64,000 nucleotides of DNA, from assembly GCA_963765765.1 (NCBI GenBank), contig CAVXYC010000020.1, forward strand, positions 224,001-288,000. The letters are read 5' to 3'. The notes under the pieces were generated by a model. It did no database searches. It saw only the letters and a program-made list of their open reading frames with translations, and had not been told where the DNA came from. Position numbers and translations under genes: made by a program. Positions within the stretch are counted from its first letter, which is position 1, and every line of letters begins with the position of its first letter. Positions 63,768 to 64,000 of this stretch are shown piece after piece. This DNA comes from an uncultured Chloroflexia bacterium (GTDB lineage: Bacteria; Chloroflexota; UBA6077; JACCZL01).

Positions 63768-64000
63768 TTATGACAACCCCGAATGGTCCGCTCGCCGACG
63801 GGCGAATTCGCCCATGAGTGCGAGGTCGGCCGGATACGTCAGTTTGAAATTGTCCACCTGGCCCTGGAACGTATACACGATTCCGCCCAGGGACTCGATC
63901 AGCCCTGCCTCATCGGTCACGTCATCGTCGCTCACACTGAGAGCCCAGACCAGGAGGCTTCTGCGGAATACCTGGGGAGTCTGGACGAGTCTGAGCGACG
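63768..64000 (-). CDS. ispD: 2-C-methyl-D-erythritol 4-phosphate cytidylyltransferase, 3' part only
   Basis: Manual translation ...VQTPQVF...VTDEAGLIE...NFKLTYPADL...*; upstream of ispF. Confidence 0.9.
   Translation of the reverse strand, partial: SLRLVQTPQVFRRSLLVWALSVSDDDVTDEAGLIESLGGIVYTFQGQVDNFKLTYPADLALMGEFARRRADHSGLS

Overview
Core-genome window of a GC-rich bacterium, most plausibly Chloroflexota (inferred from gene order and protein style, not from a search). It contains a dcw cell-wall/division cluster (ftsI-murF-mraY-murD-ftsW-murC-murB-ftsQ-ftsA-ftsZ-pgeF-yggS-yggT, without murE, murG or ddl), hisS-prfA-prmC-tsaC, argCJBD, tyrA, the tRNA(Thr,Tyr,Thr)-tuf-rpmG-tRNA(Trp)-secE-nusG-rplKAJL cluster with an L10 leader, GTP-PEPCK, a GT-C glycosyltransferase, purEK, tRNA-Arg(GCG), a degenerate WYL regulator coupled to a class F sortase, xseAB, efp, an M24 peptidase, topA, dprA, eno-gap-pgk-tpiA, nfeD, glyA, fabL, a Rieske oxygenase, typA, an LLM oxidoreductase and ispD-ispF-cysS-rlmB. 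About a dozen single-base frameshifts hit conserved genes, so the assembly probably has long-read indel errors; apparent fusions and splits need caution. No CRISPR array, prophage or transposase is visible. The best leads are the WYL-sortase pair at a tRNA 3' end, a 35-bp G-U-rich hairpin, several unrelated REPIN-like elements, a 24-aa membrane microprotein with a sigma54-like promoter, a CysRS with KVSHS instead of KMSKS, an ArgJ split next to its autocleavage site, the Arg-GCG anticodon and two candidate AUC starts.
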